Below are positions 61,701 to 64,000 of a stretch of DNA of 64,000 nt, piece by piece. The position numbers were made by a program, and so were the translations under genes. Origin of the DNA: Fimbriosthenelais zetlandica (taxonomy: Eukaryota). Positions within the stretch are counted from its first letter, which is position 1; each line of letters opens with the position of its first letter. The notes beneath the pieces were generated by a model, which was not told the origin of the DNA, did no database searches, and saw only the letters and a program-made list of their open reading frames with translations. The DNA lies in NCBI GenBank assembly GCA_977030845.1, contig OZ365113.1:16864001-16928000 (forward strand), read 5' to 3'.

Positions 61701-64000
61701 AGCAATGGCTACTTGGATGGGAAATGGGAAAACAATGAGAATGCACTTGAAAACACTGGCTTAAATGATTGGTATGGGGTCTTCTTAACAAAGCCTGGAT
61801 TCAAATAGTGACATTAACTATTGTCCTTGGTAAGGACTTTGTCTTTTCCAAAGACTGAGCAATGACTCAACATCTGTATAAATGCAATGATGCGAAAGTT
61901 TGAAAGTGTCAAACTGTCAAAATAGTTTTGCATACAGGCTATATGTGATAGGCTATGAGTTAAAGCTTCTAGGCAAGTTAGGATCTAAGACAGATTGACA
62001 ATGTCATCTGTTATGTTAAGGTGATGTCCCTAATCAGCTCATTAAAGAGACTCATTAGTGAACGACCTATTAGCAGCCTCCTATCAATTTAACATACAGT
62101 ACAGACCCTTTTCAATATAGCATACATCTACATACAGACCTTGCTTTAATGGTTACACATAGGAATTCCTGCACTCTCCGGAATGAGAACTGAATGAGAA
62201 CGAGAATGTTATGTCCTCTACCCTCACATTGACAATATTATTTGCTGTACAGAGAATAGTTATTGCGGATACATTTGTCAGCTTGTTTAAACAGTATTAA
62301 AACATAGCATAAATATAACTATTTTAAACCATTTTTAATTCAAAGAGCTTGAGAACAAACCATGTGTTTTTGTACCAAGTCCCCAATGGAGGAACATCAA
62401 GTGGTGCTGTCCAATGATAGAGTGGTGAAGACGAGCACACTGCCCAGCTCCAAGGTCGTAGATCAAGTGGTAAAAACTGGCAGCAGTGTTAAAAGGGATT
62501 TGGAAAATTTATCTCTAGGAACTGCATGTGGCCAAAAGAGCCTACAAATGGCCAATTGTCAGTCATGTATTTGCAAGTTTCCCTCTCACAACAAATACCA
62601 GCGCCAGTAGAGCTGATGTATGAAAGCTGGCATACAAATGGGGGATGGCTCAAGGTGGCAAGCCCAGAGCAGGCCGAGGAAATGCCTATCACTTTGGACA
62701 AGAGTAATGAGAATGGAGTCCAAGAAAGGCAGAGGGAGATAAATAAACTGACAGGCAAGCAAAGAAAATGGAATATAGGCAATATGTACTGGTGGTGACT
62801 TTTGCTCCGAGAGCAGGATTTAGGACCCATGAAAAAATGGGAATAAATCAAATCAGGGGAGTGACTTCTTGAACCGTCTGCTGGAATGGGGATTTGACAG
62901 AAAAATAACTTTTATGTCTATTGTGTTGCTATATTGTCATACGAAAAATGTTTAGTCGAGATAAAGAGAGGTGAGAGCTCTGATCTGCCTTATAGCAATC
63001 AGCTTCTGTTACAGCACTTGCTTTTAAGGGTATTCTGTACGAAAGTGTTCATAGACTGCCATCGTATATATACCATCTTTATGTCCTACTTATAGGGCAT
63101 CTTAATTGACAGAAACCATTTTTTCCAAGCCTAGAAGGTCATTTTTTCTGCAATAATACCAGAAACAAAAGATTCTGCCTTTTGCCATAGAGGCCTGAGG
63201 GCACTTTCAGGCCTCACAGATGGAGAAAGCGTCACAAATCGTATTGATTGTGTGGCTGGTGTGAAATCGCATCTCGGGTGAGAGCACACTCTACTTGTTA
63301 CCTCCCCATATATACTGCTACTGGGTGAAAACATATTATATAGCACATCTGACAAAGGCCGGCCTGACATCTGTTGTTATACATTGAGCCTGTATGTAGA
63401 CATGTTACACCGCGGGAGAACAGTAACAGTGATAGCAGGTAGGCTAAACCTATTTTCGACAGGTATCCACGAAGAAAAACGAGACTCATGAGAAAGGGAA
63501 CATGAATTCCTCTCAGGTCCTGGCTGGCATATATAAGGTCAATTTCGGTTTCTAGAATTCATTTAGTAGTCAATGTGGAATGGTAAATCTCACACCCTCA
63601 GACCAGCAAACCAAGGAGAGCTGATTGCCTCCACTGCCTGCACCTGAGGCAGTGAATATACAAGAACATTCTCTGCAGTTGTGCCATGAGACTTCAATAT
63701 GTGACATCGTGGAGACATCCCTTGGAATCACATGCAAGCGGCCCCAATCCTAGCATGGCTTGGCCATAGGGAAGTAAGGCCGAAAAGTGAAAACTGTCTT
63801 CTTTCTCAGGTCAAGGCCATAGCTGGACATAGAAATATAAGCCAGAATAAGGCTTCATATATACGCGCGGACAGCAGTGAAATAATAAAAACTGTCAGCG
63901 GGAAAGTGTAGTTCAGTACACTGTTAGAAATGATGAAGGAGCCCGTATAGATCATGATAATAGATGTTTGGCATCCTATAGGACTCAGTAAGATTGGTAG

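Noticed and set aside
62362-62798. Two overlapping protein-like ORFs (82 and 90 aa)
   Set aside because: No family recognised and no consistent exon boundaries; BLASTX would be needed.
11276-64000. Nested LRRN3-like gene, as in vertebrate IMMP2L
   Set aside because: It would be a ~700-aa single-exon ORF. None exists in the window, though it could lie beyond the right edge.

Overview
Eukaryotic (animal) genomic DNA. The spliceosomal introns and gene content suggest an invertebrate deuterostome such as an echinoderm (inference only). Four things dominate the window. (1) Positions 1-5.4 kb hold two tandem ~3-kb fold-back units with long inverted arms. Their outer ends carry outward-facing tRNA-Asp-like (Pol III A/B-box) modules, and their cores carry a ~52-bp minisatellite. 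(2) The three 3' coding exons of IMMP2L (mitochondrial inner-membrane peptidase 2) lie on the minus strand at 11210-11275, 10271-10373 and 7222-7416. They are not in the supplied ORF track as a gene and were found by reading splice sites. (3) I could not find the upstream IMMP2L exons anywhere to the right, so the remaining >52 kb appears to be one giant intron. (4) Nested in that interval on the same strand is a complete, intronless RBM24/RBM38 (SEB4/SUP-12 family) gene at 24708-25448 with its own TATA/Inr promoter. The window also has a TA-flanked Tc1/mariner-type MITE, a mixed inverted/tandem repeat, promoter-like motif islands with possible non-coding antisense exons, microsatellites, and a ~38-kb stretch with no recognisable coding sequence. 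Most short ORFs in the track look spurious.
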